Shown: positions 39,349 to 50,954, numbered from the stretch's first letter. The stretch is 64,000 nt of DNA from Candidatus Levybacteria bacterium RIFCSPHIGHO2_02_FULL_40_18 (GCA_001782235.1 MFOC01000007.1:13094-77093), one strand, 5' to 3'. Notes: generated by a model not told the origin, from the sequence alone. Made by a program: numbers and translations.

Positions 39349-41508
39349 TTATTTGGCTGGCCAGGACGAAACCATAATCGAGTCTTTCGCTCCCAACTTC
39401 CTACACAGCTCTTCTGTAATAAACGGCATGAAGGGGTGAAGCAACCTTAAAAGTATTAAGTATAAAGTAGTAAGTATTAAGTATGAATCTTTATCAATTC
39501 TGATTTTAACGTCTTCAATATACTTGTCCGCAAACTCATGCCAGATAAATTCATATAGTCTTTCCGCTGCCAAATTAAACTGATAATTATCGAGGTTATT
39601 AGTTAGTTGGTTAGTTAGTTCGTCGACTTTAGCTACCCACTCTTTATCGTTCTTACGTTTCGCAATTTTTTTCAATTCCTCGATACTGGATACTCGATAC
39701 TGGATACTCGATACTCGGTTCATCTCTATGAAGCGGCCGATGTTCCACAGCTTATTCGTAAAATTCCTCATCCCCTGAAGCTTTGCATATGACAATGCCT
39801 GGTCATTTCCAAGTGCCGTTCCATAGACAAGAGCAAACCTGACAGCGTCTGCTCCATACTGCTCAACGACTTCTATTGGATTTACAACGTTTCCCTTTGA
39901 CTTACTCATTTTTTTGCCATAAGGATCTTTAACTAACCCATGCAATACAACATTTTCAAATGGGACTTTTCCCGTTGCATATATTCCCACAATAACCATA
40001 CGGGCAACCCACCAGCGTAAAATATCGTACCCCGTCTCCATCACCGTCGTCGGATAGAACCTTTCATAATCCAGACTGTTCTCAATTTTTGATTTTTGAT
40101 TTTTGATTTTTGATTTTGAGCTACTTTGCGTCAGCAAAGTAGCGAACGGCCATTGCGCCGACGAAAACCAAGTATCAAAAGTGTCAGGATCCTGGGCGAT
40201 TGTTTTAGACTCACATTTCAAGCATTTTTCGGGAGTGATACCGTCTGTTACAGTCCAGTTCAAACATTTTTCACAGAACCAAGCCGGAATTCTAATTCCC
40301 CAAACAATCTGGCGCGAAATGTTCCAATCGCGGATATTTTCTAAAAACTGAAAGTAGATTTTCTCAAATGATTTGGGGTGAACCTCTATCTTTCCTTTTC
40401 GAACAGCGTCAATCGCCGGTCTAGCCAAGGGCTCCATTTTCACAAACCACTGTTCTCGAGGCAATGGCTCAATTACATTTTTACACTTGTAACACAGACC
40501 AATTCTATGAATGTAATTGTCGTCTATCTTTTCGATCAATCCTTTTTTCTGCATTTCTTCAACCACTGCTTTACGGGCTTGCTTCACATAAAGACCAGCG
40601 AATTTGCCTGCATGTTCGTTCATTTTTCCATCAAAACCAATAACCTGGCGTATCTTGAGATTATGTCTTTGACCTACTTCAAAATCATTAAAATCGTGTG
40701 CCGGAGTTATTTTCACAACTCCTGTTCCAAATTCCGGATCAACCGAATCGTCAGCAATCACTTTAATCTTAGCCTTTCCTAAAACCGTTTTTATTTCAAT
40801 CTCCTGTCCTATGTACTTTTTATACCTTTTATCATCGGGGTGAACGGCAACAGCCGTGTCTCCGAACTTTGTTTCCGGGCGAGTCGTGGCAAGAGTCAGA
40901 GGGCCGTATTTAATGTAGTAAAGAGGATTTTTTCTCTCTTCATAAACTACTTCAAGATCTGAGAAGCTTGTTCCATCATAGGTACAATAGTTAACCAGCC
41001 TTTTCGCGCGGTAGACTAGCCCGTCATCATAAAGTCTTCTGAAGGTTCTATAAACTATCGAAATTATATCCGGATCAAGAGTAAACTTCATGCGGGACCA
41101 ATCAAGGGAGAAGCCGAGTTTTCGAAGTTGACTCTCCATTCCGCCGCGGTTTTCTTGAACAAAATCCCAAATCATTTGATAGAGAGTTTCGCGATCATAG
41201 TCGAATCGAGACTTACCCTCATTGGCCAAGTGTTTTTCAAACACAAATTGGGTTTCAAAACCTGCGTGATCTGCACCCGGCAGCCAAAGAGCGGCCGCCC
41301 CTTTCATCCGCTGATACCGTATTAGGATATCTTCAATCACATACATCGCGTGTCCAAAATGGAGGGGAGCATTAGCATTTGGTGGAGGAAGAATTATGGA
41401 GTAGGACCTCCCATCCGGATTTACTTCCGGCTTAAAATATCCGTTCTTCTCCCACTCCGCATAAATCCTTTCCTCAACCTTTTTATGATCGTAAACCTTA
41501 TCCATCAT
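39349..41508 (-). CDS. valS: valyl-tRNA synthetase (lacks C-terminal coiled coil)
   Basis: PPPNA..LHFGH, DWNISRQ, DTWFSS, KMSKS. Confidence 0.96.
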   Translation of the reverse strand: MMDKVYDHKKVEERIYAEWEKNGYFKPEVNPDGRSYSIILPPPNANAPLHFGHAMYVIEDILIRYQRMKGAAALWLPGADHAGFETQFVFEKHLANEGKSRFDYDRETLYQMIWDFVQENRGGMESQLRKLGFSLDWSRMKFTLDPDIISIVYRTFRRLYDDGLVYRAKRLVNYCTYDGTSFSDLEVVYEERKNPLYYIKYGPLTLATTRPETKFGDTAVAVHPDDKRYKKYIGQEIEIKTVLGKAKIKVIADDSVDPEFGTGVVKITPAHDFNDFEVGQRHNLKIRQVIGFDGKMNEHAGKFAGLYVKQARKAVVEEMQKKGLIEKIDDNYIHRIGLCYKCKNVIEPLPREQWFVKMEPLARPAIDAVRKGKIEVHPKSFEKIYFQFLENIRDWNISRQIVWGIRIPAWFCEKCLNWTVTDGITPEKCLKCESKTIAQDPDTFDTWFSSAQWPFATLLTQSSSKSKIKNQKSKIENSLDYERFYPTTVMETGYDILRWWVARMVIVGIYATGKVPFENVVLHGLVKDPYGKKMSKSKGNVVNPIEVVEQYGADAVRFALVYGTALGNDQALSYAKLQGMRNFTNKLWNIGRFIEMNRVSSIQYRVSSIEELKKIAKRKNDKEWVAKVDELTNQLTNNLDNYQFNLAAERLYEFIWHEFADKYIEDVKIRIDKDSYLILTTLYLILLRLLHPFMPFITEELCRKLGAKDSIMVSSWPAK

Positions 41509-41711
41509 TCAGATCTTAGATATTAGATCTTTGATCTTAGACAAAACATCTAACATCTATTATCCGTGATCTAACATCTAAGCTAGGATTCTAGCATAAC
41601 ACAATTCTTGCTTCAATCTAACTTCATGTAACTACTTGCTTGCTACCCCCTGGACTTCGGCATTTACCCTGTTAAATTGCGGAGCAATATTTAACAAGGT
41701 ATAATACATTT

Positions 41712-43283
41712 ATGGATCCCACCCTACCTAAACTCAGCAAAGACTCCGATTACTTAATAAAAGCCCACGAGGAGGCAAGCCGCAAAAAACATGATCAAGC
41801 TTTCGCAACCGGAATTGCGTCAGAGCTTGCCGCATGGTATGAGAGACTTCGGACCGCAATTGAAAATCGAGATGAAGAAGTAATTTTGCGAGCCGCGATT
41901 GAACGTATTTTAAGACGGCGCCTTCTTCTTGGTGGAAACGGAAAGACTGTTGGGGCAATTTTAGTACGCGAGCTTATCTGGGCAAGGTATTTCCCAGAAG
42001 AAAGTATATCTGATGATCAAATCGGAGAAGTTGAAGAAATTATTGACCTATATCTAGAACTTCGCCAGTTAATTCCAAAACACAATAGGGTCAAAGAGTC
42101 GGAGTTAAATGAATGGATTTACCACTTGATGGCTTCAGATATTGAGGACAGGCTTAATCCAACCCCCCAAAAAGAAGCCATGATTTCATACATTTTCAGA
42201 ACTCTCAAAAGAATGATTACAATCAAAGACGATTCAGAAGAAACCCGCGATGTTCAAGTTTTTATAGCTATTCGAAAATCCTTTGCAAAAGAGGATTTAC
42301 CCTTTCTTCGCTACGCACTTTTCAACCAATATTTCGGGAGGCTCTCATCTAAAAGTCTTGCGGACACTTCTAAAAAGTTCTCGGAAGGAAAAAAAGTAAT
42401 TGAAGAGCAATTGAATTATCCGGGCAGATTCAAAATATTTGAATTTGCCAAACGCCAGATGCCCCCATTCCTGATTCTTGAGGACGTTTTGGAAAAGTAT
42501 AATAGTCGTTTCCGGGGGTTAATATCAAATCCTGAAGAATTTATAAATGTGGTTACTGAAACTTGTAATGCCCGCTATGCCAATATTTCAGGAAAGGTAA
42601 GAAGAGCAATAATCCGCTCGATCATTTTTATTCTTCTTTCAAAATCATTCTTAGCATTTACTGTTGAGGGGACTTATGACAGACTCGCGTATGGCCATAT
42701 TCTCTGGGGAGTTCTTGCAATAAATATTGCTATTCCTGTTGGGATGATGATTATTATATCGTTTTTTATAAGAGCTCCGGGGAAAGATAACACTCAAAGA
42801 ATTATCGATAGAATTAACTCGCTTCTTTTTGATGAAACGCCGGATCTTGGAAGATCACTCTCGTTCAGTCATAAGCCAAAGGCACAAACTCTTCTTGATT
42901 CAATATTCACAATAATTTGGTTAGGAACATATCTTTTAAGTTTTGGTATCATCATTTATATCTTGAGTGCTCTTCGGTTCAGCTTTGTTAGCCAAGCTTT
43001 CTTTATTTTCTTCTTTGCAATAATCACATTTTTATCATATCGAATCAATCAAGCGGCAAATATTTACACTGTAAGAGAGAAAGCGGGACTCTTAACGCCG
43101 TTTGTAGACTTTTTCTTTATGCCTGTTGCGCGCGTTGGAAGATATTTAGCAGACGGAATCCGCCAAATCAACGTTTTTATTTTTGTTCTTGATATGATAA
43201 TTGAAACGCCGCTCAAAGGCATAATCGCCTTTTTTGAACAATGGTTCTCCTTCCTCCATTCAAAACGCGAGGATTTAGCATAA
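41712..43283 (+). CDS. CPR-type hypothetical membrane protein
   Basis: 523 aa, C-terminal TMs. Confidence 0.8.
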   Translation: MDPTLPKLSKDSDYLIKAHEEASRKKHDQAFATGIASELAAWYERLRTAIENRDEEVILRAAIERILRRRLLLGGNGKTVGAILVRELIWARYFPEESISDDQIGEVEEIIDLYLELRQLIPKHNRVKESELNEWIYHLMASDIEDRLNPTPQKEAMISYIFRTLKRMITIKDDSEETRDVQVFIAIRKSFAKEDLPFLRYALFNQYFGRLSSKSLADTSKKFSEGKKVIEEQLNYPGRFKIFEFAKRQMPPFLILEDVLEKYNSRFRGLISNPEEFINVVTETCNARYANISGKVRRAIIRSIIFILLSKSFLAFTVEGTYDRLAYGHILWGVLAINIAIPVGMMIIISFFIRAPGKDNTQRIIDRINSLLFDETPDLGRSLSFSHKPKAQTLLDSIFTIIWLGTYLLSFGIIIYILSALRFSFVSQAFFIFFFAIITFLSYRINQAANIYTVREKAGLLTPFVDFFFMPVARVGRYLADGIRQINVFIFVLDMIIETPLKGIIAFFEQWFSFLHSKREDLA

Positions 43284-43376
43284 GCTAGGAAATAATTTAC
43301 CCGTGAAAATCAGCTATCGATCAGCGTGAATCGAGGCGGTGATATAATGGATTAAACTCTATTTAAAATTTGAGGT

Positions 43377-43814
43377 ATGGAAAATTCAAAAACCTTTATG
43401 ATTTATGCGGATGGAGGAGCGAGGGGAAATCCCGGGCCTGCGGCATATGGCTTTGTTATTTATGACGAACAAGGTTCAAAAGTTTATGAGGAGGGGAGTG
43501 CAATGGGTAATGCCACGAACAACGTCGCCGAGTACTCCGCAGTTGTCGCCGCACTGAAATATTTAGTATCCAGTATTCAGTACCCAGTATCGAGTATTAA
43601 GTTTATTTTGGATTCGAAATTAGTAACGGAACAATTATCTGGGAACTGGAAAATAAAAAATGAAAACCTTAGAAATCTCTACTTTACAATCAAAGAGCTC
43701 GAGCAAAAGATCGGGGCAAAATTTATTTATTCCGCTGTTCCTCGCGAACAAAACCAGGAAGCCGACCGGCTCGTCAATGCCGCACTCGACGCCAATCTAG
43801 TTGAAGGTTCGTAA
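43377..43814 (+). CDS. rnhA: ribonuclease HI
   Basis: DGGARGNPG, TNNVAEY, DSKLV, NQEADRLVN. Confidence 0.93.
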   Translation: MENSKTFMIYADGGARGNPGPAAYGFVIYDEQGSKVYEEGSAMGNATNNVAEYSAVVAALKYLVSSIQYPVSSIKFILDSKLVTEQLSGNWKIKNENLRNLYFTIKELEQKIGAKFIYSAVPREQNQEADRLVNAALDANLVEGS

Positions 43815-43929
43815 AGTTCATAAAGTTTATAAGGGATTACTTTACAAACCTTAAAAACTTGAAACTTTATAAACTATTTAGTCCTTGATGCTCTTGATAC
43901 TCTTGGTACCCTTAAAGTAAACTATCTCC

Positions 43930-46581
43930 ATGTCATTAACTCTTGAAACCCGCGAAAAACAAAAACCAATAATTTTAATCTACGGCAATAACCCGTTGGT
44001 GCCGCTCTTGTTAGAAGAATATTCAAAAGAATTTAAAATCGCTTACGTTGGAGAGTTGGAGCAAACTGAAAAAAGAAAGGATTTTTACCGAATTCCGCGA
44101 GCAAACGTTCAATTTGTTAAAAATCTTGAAGAAAAAATAGATTACGCGGTGATTTTCCTGTCAAAAAAGGAAGATAAAAATCTAATCCCTTCTTTCATGG
44201 AAAAAATATCTAATGATGGAACCCGTACAGCGGTGATCATTAATGTCGAAAATTTAGAAGATTTTTATGATGTACTTCTTGAATATAAAAATATATCTCC
44301 CCTAAAGTTCCTGTTTTTAGGGGATGTTTATTCGGAAAACCCTTCTTTTAATATCGGGCATAAATTGTTTAAGATTATTCAGCAGGCAATTTCGGAAAAG
44401 TCTATAAGAATCTCTCAAGATTTTGAACCAATATTTGCAATCTATTATAGGGATGCGATATTGGGGATAAATCAAACACTTTTTGGGCCAAAAAAAACAG
44501 ACAAATTTTACTATCTTTTCTATTCGGAGCCCCAAAGCATTAACTCTCTGGCGTATATATTGCATCGGGTTGAGCCTGATCTTGAAATTCACTATCAAGA
44601 ATCCCTGCCTGCCGGCAGGCAGGAAAAAGATAATGATAAAGCAAAAACTCATAACGAATTGGCAAAAGAGATAAAGGGAAAAATTGTCATTGAGCCCATT
44701 TATCTTGACAAATATTTTATTGGGTTTGAAAAAAGCCTTGCCCCGCAGCATTTTGGTGCGGGGCAGGCCAATTTTTCGAAAGAGTCGATGCCGGGTAAGG
44801 CACACGAGGAGATAAGGGATAAAATTAGCAAACCACCTTTTAATTCTCTGGTTTTATCAGCGGCAATCGCCACTCTCCTCTTTATAGTCTTAAACATTGC
44901 CATGATTGGGCTGGGATTATTACAGTTAAATGCTTCCGCCCGATATTTTCGCGATGGAGACTACAAAAAGGCCTCCTCATATATCAAGACCGCATCTTCA
45001 CTTCTTAGCATTTCTTTACCGGTTGCAAAAGTTGGCGCAAAAATAGCGGGAAATAATTTCCCCCAACTTGAGGAATCGGTTGCCCTACTGAATATAGCAT
45101 CTGATAATTTTAACTCATTGGAAAAAGCATCACTTGGTCTTGATAGGGAAGTGCTGGACAAAACAATCTCAGACGGCACCTATTTTTATTTTAGATTTCT
45201 GGAGTTAAAAAATGAACTTAACAATGCAACTTTAAACACACTTGAGAGAGAGGGGCTGTCAAACACTATTGCTCTCTCACAAATGCTACCTGCTATTCTA
45301 GGCTACAACCAGGAGAAAAATTATCTCATTTTATTTCAGAATAACGGAGAGCTAAGACCAACCGGCGGATTTATCGGTTCTATTGGGGAACTGAAACTAG
45401 TGGGTGGAAAGATAGAGAGCCTAACCATTCAAGACGTTTACGAGTATGACGGGAAGCTTAAAGCTCATGTAGAACCTCACTACATAATACGGCGCTATCT
45501 TGCGCCGCACCTTTATCTTCGAGACTCAAATTTTGATCCTGACTTTCAAGCAAGCGCAAGCACATCAGCTCTGCTTTATAATCTCGAAACGGGAAAAGGG
45601 ATTGACGGTGTAATCGCGATAGACTTTGAAGCAGTTAAAAGATTAATTGGAAAGCTCGGGCCAATAGAACTTGCTTCTTACAAAAAAACGCTTGATGAGA
45701 AAAATACTTTTGATTTCTTGCAAACAACAATTGATGACAACTTTTTCCCGGGTTCCACACAAAAAAGGGATGTCTTGACTGCCCTTTTTAATCAACTACT
45801 CTTGAAGCTTGAGGACCGAAACTCCGCTATTTTGGCAGCAAATCTTTTGCCGCAAATAATGGAAGAGAAGCATTTGCTTTTTTCTTTTAGCAATTCTTCG
45901 ATCCAAAGCATTTTTAATACTCTTGGATATGGGGGGACATTTTCAGATAAAAGAGCTGTCGAAAAAAATAAAGTGAATGATTTCCTTTCGATTAATGAAG
46001 CAAATATTGGTGTTAACAAAGCAAATATAGGTGTGTCAAGGTCAACAAATTACGAAATAAGTTTTAACAAGAAGATAACATCAAGAGTTTCTCATGAGAT
46101 TAAAAACAATAGCGATAAAGGATATAAAACATATATAAGAGTCTTTGCTCCGGTTGGCTCAAAACTTTCCTCCATTACAATAAATGGCGATCAACAAAAG
46201 ATCATCCCGGCTGCCACGGACTTTAAAATATATGAGAAGGATAACTTTAAACCGCCGGCGGGGCTTGAAGTAGATCAAATTATTAACCATAATTTACAAG
46301 AATTTGGATTTATAGTAATAGTTGACCCAAAGAGCGCTAAAAAAATTGAAATATCTTATGACAATGGTCTTATTTTGCCAAATGAAGCTATAGTTACATA
46401 TTCTCTTGCTCTAATAAAACAGCCCGGAACAGAAAACTATCCCTTCAGTTTAAAGATTTCCTATGGCGAAAATTTTGTACCTAAAGAAGTCAAGAATGCG
46501 GAACTTTTGGAGGATTCAATCGTTTTTAAACGAGATATTAAACAAGACGAATTAATTGATGTAGAACTCATTAAGCGATAG
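43930..46581 (+). CDS. DUF4012-domain membrane protein
   Basis: YLILFQNNGELRPTGGFIGS, LRDSNFDPDF, GVNKAN, KQPG. Confidence 0.85.
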   Translation: MSLTLETREKQKPIILIYGNNPLVPLLLEEYSKEFKIAYVGELEQTEKRKDFYRIPRANVQFVKNLEEKIDYAVIFLSKKEDKNLIPSFMEKISNDGTRTAVIINVENLEDFYDVLLEYKNISPLKFLFLGDVYSENPSFNIGHKLFKIIQQAISEKSIRISQDFEPIFAIYYRDAILGINQTLFGPKKTDKFYYLFYSEPQSINSLAYILHRVEPDLEIHYQESLPAGRQEKDNDKAKTHNELAKEIKGKIVIEPIYLDKYFIGFEKSLAPQHFGAGQANFSKESMPGKAHEEIRDKISKPPFNSLVLSAAIATLLFIVLNIAMIGLGLLQLNASARYFRDGDYKKASSYIKTASSLLSISLPVAKVGAKIAGNNFPQLEESVALLNIASDNFNSLEKASLGLDREVLDKTISDGTYFYFRFLELKNELNNATLNTLEREGLSNTIALSQMLPAILGYNQEKNYLILFQNNGELRPTGGFIGSIGELKLVGGKIESLTIQDVYEYDGKLKAHVEPHYIIRRYLAPHLYLRDSNFDPDFQASASTSALLYNLETGKGIDGVIAIDFEAVKRLIGKLGPIELASYKKTLDEKNTFDFLQTTIDDNFFPGSTQKRDVLTALFNQLLLKLEDRNSAILAANLLPQIMEEKHLLFSFSNSSIQSIFNTLGYGGTFSDKRAVEKNKVNDFLSINEANIGVNKANIGVSRSTNYEISFNKKITSRVSHEIKNNSDKGYKTYIRVFAPVGSKLSSITINGDQQKIIPAATDFKIYEKDNFKPPAGLEVDQIINHNLQEFGFIVIVDPKSAKKIEISYDNGLILPNEAIVTYSLALIKQPGTENYPFSLKISYGENFVPKEVKNAELLEDSIVFKRDIKQDELIDVELIKR

Positions 46582-46596
46582 AATAAACATTAACTT

Positions 46597-47334
46597 ATGG
46601 ACAAAATCACTGAAAAAGAGTTTCAAAAACATCTCGAAAGTGAGCACCAAAGGTTTTCAATCTCGGGGTATCTTAAGGAAATTGTTTATGGCGGAAGCGA
46701 TGGAATTGTTACCACGTTTGCCGTTGTTGCAGGCTTTACCGGAGCACAAAGCGGTCTGCTTTCTCAATATCCTGTCTTTATAGTTCTTATTTTTGGGTTT
46801 GCTAATCTTTTTGCCGATGCTGTATCTATGGGTCTTGGGAACGTTTTGTCGATTATGGCAGATAAAGACGTTTACAAAGCGGAACGTGACAAGGAGCTTT
46901 ATGAAATAAGAAATAATCCCGAGTTTGAGAGGATGGAAACAATCTATATTCTCAAAAAGCGCGGATTTTCAGAAGATGCGGCTAAAAAAATAGCAGAGTT
47001 GTATTCAGAAAATGAAAATTATTGGGCAGACTTTATGATGAGATTTGAGCTTGAGATGCCAACACCTGAACTTGAAAATTCACTAGTCACGGGTCTTACA
47101 ACATTTTCCTCTTTTGTCCTCTTTGGTTTTATTCCCTTAATCCCTTATGTTTTGGCAACAGAAGGTGATAAATTTTTAGTTTCCGTAATATTTACATTTA
47201 TTGCCCTCGCTCTCTTAGGCGCGCTCCGCTGGAAGGTAACAACAGAAAAATTATGGCGAACAGTTTCTGAAACAGTCTTGCTTGGTGGAATTGCGGCGAG
47301 TATAGCCTACTTCGTCGGCACCCTCTTCAAGTAA
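46597..47334 (+). CDS. VIT1/CCC1 family transporter
   Basis: VYGGSDGIVTTFAVVAG, ADAVSMG. Confidence 0.92.
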   Translation: MDKITEKEFQKHLESEHQRFSISGYLKEIVYGGSDGIVTTFAVVAGFTGAQSGLLSQYPVFIVLIFGFANLFADAVSMGLGNVLSIMADKDVYKAERDKELYEIRNNPEFERMETIYILKKRGFSEDAAKKIAELYSENENYWADFMMRFELEMPTPELENSLVTGLTTFSSFVLFGFIPLIPYVLATEGDKFLVSVIFTFIALALLGALRWKVTTEKLWRTVSETVLLGGIAASIAYFVGTLFK

Positions 47335-47448
47335 AGTTAAAAGTCAAAATGCAAAATTCAAAATTACAATTCAAAAGTAAAAAGTGTTCGAAGACTTTTA
47401 AATTTTAACTTTAACTTTTGACCTTTGACTTTTGAGTTTTGAATTTGG

Positions 47449-48456
47449 TTAGTCTGTGAATTCTTGGACAAACATTTTACCAAAGATCCCAGCATCAATT
47501 ACTCCAATTCCGCCTTTTTTAAAATTCGGCGATAAAATATTTTCCCTGTGCCCTGGGCTTTTCATAAATCCATCCATCGCAATCTCAACATCCGGTGCAA
47601 AAGCCAAATTCTCACCAGCAAAAGCGTAGCTTATTCTTGCCATTTCCAAACGATCAAACGGGGACAATCCCTCCGGGGTGTAATGAGAAAAATATCCTCT
47701 CTCAAGCATATCTTTTGCGTGGGCGCGTGCCACCTCCCTAATTGATCCATCCGAAATTAATAAAGGAATTCCCCTTTTTGATCTCTCTAAATTTACCAAA
47801 CTTAACATCGCGTCTTCCGATTTTGGATCCGTCTTATATTCTTTTGTTGTGAAATTAAGGCGAACCGATTCTTGCGACGCTGGTTTTATTGTTAAGAAAT
47901 TAATTGTCTCCTCAATTGCACCGCCAAAGACTTTCCGAACTTCTCTTTCTATTCCTTGCGTCCTTGTGAATAAAAATCTGCCTGTTACTGAACTTCTTAT
48001 CGAATCTTTTATTACGGCGGACACGGGAAATGAAAGAAGAAGGGCCACGGCAAAAGAAGCAATGAAGAAAAAGGAAAGTGTGCCAAAGACAGCACCTCCT
48101 GCCATGTCAATTTTTCTCCCGAATTTTATGGAAAGATATTTTCTGCGAAGAATTGATAATATGCTTGATATTAAAACGAAACTAACTCCGGTGGCAAGTA
48201 AAAATCCAATAGCATCTGAAATGCCCTTAGTCAGCAAGAATTTATCAACCACAAGAGAGGAGATTTGAGGATAAATAGCCAAACCTACAAAAAAAGAAAG
48301 AAGAGTTGCCGTAAGCCCAATGGCCGCTGGAATTATTCCAAAAGAAACATCTTCGAAAATATATAAGATGAGAGTGACAAAGATAATGTAATCGAAAATA
48401 TTAAACGGGATACTTAGAATTAAATTTCTTAGAAATTCAATGTAGGCTTTAAGCAT
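47449..48456 (-). CDS. CvpA-family membrane protein fused to a CAP/SCP domain
   Basis: N-terminal TMs; YFSH, GENLA, SPGHRENIL. Confidence 0.88.
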   Translation of the reverse strand: MLKAYIEFLRNLILSIPFNIFDYIIFVTLILYIFEDVSFGIIPAAIGLTATLLSFFVGLAIYPQISSLVVDKFLLTKGISDAIGFLLATGVSFVLISSILSILRRKYLSIKFGRKIDMAGGAVFGTLSFFFIASFAVALLLSFPVSAVIKDSIRSSVTGRFLFTRTQGIEREVRKVFGGAIEETINFLTIKPASQESVRLNFTTKEYKTDPKSEDAMLSLVNLERSKRGIPLLISDGSIREVARAHAKDMLERGYFSHYTPEGLSPFDRLEMARISYAFAGENLAFAPDVEIAMDGFMKSPGHRENILSPNFKKGGIGVIDAGIFGKMFVQEFTD

Positions 48457-48476
48457 GTTTATATTAAGTCCGCAAT

Positions 48477-48561
48477 TGTCATTCTGAACCCGATTCTAAC
48501 GGGGGAAAAATCTTTACTTAAAGTCTCCAGGAAAGATCCTTCGTTAACACTCAGGATGACA
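48477..48561. repeat. REP-like palindromic element
   Basis: TGTCATTCTGA...TCAGGATGACA inverted ends. Confidence 0.75.
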
Positions 48562-48708
48562 TAAAGCTTGAGCATGTTTATATGATAGCATGTTTCTGAG
48601 TCGGACTGACCCCGATTTGATCGGGGGAAGGAGATAGCGCTGCGAAGCTAAGCGGAGACAGCGGTAGCTCCATTGAAAACATTTGCTTAATCGAATATAC
48701 TAGCCTTT

Positions 48709-50943
48709 GTGTACCTACGGAAAATTCTCTCATTACTTAAATTTTGGAAAATAAATCCCGCACCAATTTGGTGCGGGATAAAAGGAAAGAGATACATTGT
48801 ATTGATTCTTGTGATTTTGGGTTTAATTGCAGCCTACTTCTATATCCTCAAGGACATCCCATCCACAGCAACAATTGGCTCAACCAGTTATCCACAATCA
48901 ACTAAGATTTATGATAGAAACGGAAAGCTTCTTTACACAATTTTTACCAGCCGAAACCAAACTTATGTACCGTTTAAACAAATCCCAAATTATGTCAAAA
49001 ACGCAACAATTGCTTTAGAGGATAAAGATTTTTATAAACATGGGGCAATAGACATTCGGGGCATAACAAGAGCATTTATCTCAACAGTTTTTAAGCGAGA
49101 AATACAAGGCGGATCTACAATAACACAACAGCTAGTTAAAACATCTCTTTTAACTCCCGAGAGAACCATATCAAGAAAAATAAAGGAAATTTTTCTGGCG
49201 TTTATTGTTGAGTCTGTTTATTCAAAAGATAAAATTCTTGAAATGTATCTTAATCAGGTACCTTACGGCGGTACGGCTTACGGAGTTGAGGCTGCAAGCC
49301 ATGTATATTTTGACAAACCCGTTGAAAAGCTAACCCTTGCCGAGTCCGCTTTCCTTGCAGCCCTCCCAGAAGCACCAAGCCTATATTCACCTTTTGGTTC
49401 AAGGCCCGAACTTGGAAAAACAAGACAACTTGAAGCCTTGCGAAAAATGCGGGAGCAGGGATATATAACGACTGAAGAAGGGAAGGTGGCGGCAAGCGAA
49501 GAACTTAAGTTCTCAAAAATTCAAAATAAAATCTTAGCGCCCCATTTTGTTTTTTATATCAAAGATCTCCTTGAGCAAAAATATGGTCCAAGGGCTGTTG
49601 AACAGGGAGGACTCCATGTAACAACTTCGCTTGATCTTGACTTACAAGCATATGCAGAGGCTACAGTTGCGGCGGAAATAGACGAGCTGAAAAGACTAAA
49701 CGTTTCAAATGGTGCTGCACTGATTTCCGATCCTAGGACCGGAGAAATTTTAGCGATGGTAGGAAGCCGCAATTATTTTGACGATAGAATTGACGGGAAT
49801 GTAAATGTAACATTAGCAAAAAGACAACCGGGGTCCTCAATAAAACCGATCAATTATGCTGTTGGGTTAATAAAAGGGTACACTGCCTCAACCCCTTTTG
49901 TTGATGACAGAATTTGCTTTCCTAATCCCGGCGGCCAGCCTCCATATTGTCCGGTGAATTATGACGGAAAATTTCACGGAGTACAACAAATGAGATTTGC
50001 GCTTGCTAATTCATATAACATTCCGGCTGTTAAAATGCTTAAAGCAAATACGGTTGAGGCAATGATCGCAACCGCATCCGCAATGGGAATCACAACGTTT
50101 CAGGATCCGGCACGGTATGGATTGTCCCTTACTTTAGGAGGAGGTGAAGTAACAATGCTTGAGATGACCGAGGCATTTGGCGTGTTTGCGAACAACGGAT
50201 ATAGAATCCCGTTGCGACCAATTCTTAAAGTTGTGGACAACAGAGGGCGCGTGCTTGAAGAGTACCAACCGCCAAAAAGCCCGATTTTTGGGAAAAAGGT
50301 TTTACCTGATGGGGTGGCATTTATAATATCTGACATATTATCAGATAATGGGGGGCGCTCTCAGGCGTTCGGAGCAAGCTCCACATTAAGAGTTGGAAAA
50401 TATCCTGTTGCTGTCAAGACCGGTACAACCAATGATCTTCGAGACAACTGGACAATTGGGTATACACCATCATATGTTGTTGCCACGTGGGTTGGCAACA
50501 ACAATAACATGCCAATGAGCGGATTGGTCTCAGGTGTAACAGGCGCTGCTCCTATCTGGCACGCCCTTATGGAAAAAGTACTTGAGAACACAGAGCCCCA
50601 GTCCTTTAAAAGGCCTGACAATGTTGTGGGGAAACATGTTTGTGCGGATACTGGTCAGGTCGCACCGCCCCAAGGCACAGAAGGCCGGTGTCCAACCAGA
50701 TTTGAATACTTTATTCGTGGAATGGAAAATAGCCAAGGAAAGATTGTTCGCGAAAAAGTACTCATAAATAAAGACACGGGGGATCTTGCAAAAGCGGGCG
50801 CGACCAATGTTGAAGAGCAGGAAAAAACAGTTATTATAGACTTAAATGGAGACCGCTACTGCGTTGACTGCCCCCATCCCGAGGCACCCCCTCCGGGGCA
50901 GAGCCCCTCCGGGGCGGCGCCAACCCCCACACCAGCACCATGA
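48709..50943 (+). CDS. class A penicillin-binding protein
   Basis: EDKDFYKH, GGSTITQQ, SSIK, SYN, KTGT. Confidence 0.95.
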   Translation: MYLRKILSLLKFWKINPAPIWCGIKGKRYIVLILVILGLIAAYFYILKDIPSTATIGSTSYPQSTKIYDRNGKLLYTIFTSRNQTYVPFKQIPNYVKNATIALEDKDFYKHGAIDIRGITRAFISTVFKREIQGGSTITQQLVKTSLLTPERTISRKIKEIFLAFIVESVYSKDKILEMYLNQVPYGGTAYGVEAASHVYFDKPVEKLTLAESAFLAALPEAPSLYSPFGSRPELGKTRQLEALRKMREQGYITTEEGKVAASEELKFSKIQNKILAPHFVFYIKDLLEQKYGPRAVEQGGLHVTTSLDLDLQAYAEATVAAEIDELKRLNVSNGAALISDPRTGEILAMVGSRNYFDDRIDGNVNVTLAKRQPGSSIKPINYAVGLIKGYTASTPFVDDRICFPNPGGQPPYCPVNYDGKFHGVQQMRFALANSYNIPAVKMLKANTVEAMIATASAMGITTFQDPARYGLSLTLGGGEVTMLEMTEAFGVFANNGYRIPLRPILKVVDNRGRVLEEYQPPKSPIFGKKVLPDGVAFIISDILSDNGGRSQAFGASSTLRVGKYPVAVKTGTTNDLRDNWTIGYTPSYVVATWVGNNNNMPMSGLVSGVTGAAPIWHALMEKVLENTEPQSFKRPDNVVGKHVCADTGQVAPPQGTEGRCPTRFEYFIRGMENSQGKIVREKVLINKDTGDLAKAGATNVEEQEKTVIIDLNGDRYCVDCPHPEAPPPGQSPSGAAPTPTPAP

Positions 50944-50954
50944 GTCCATAAGGC

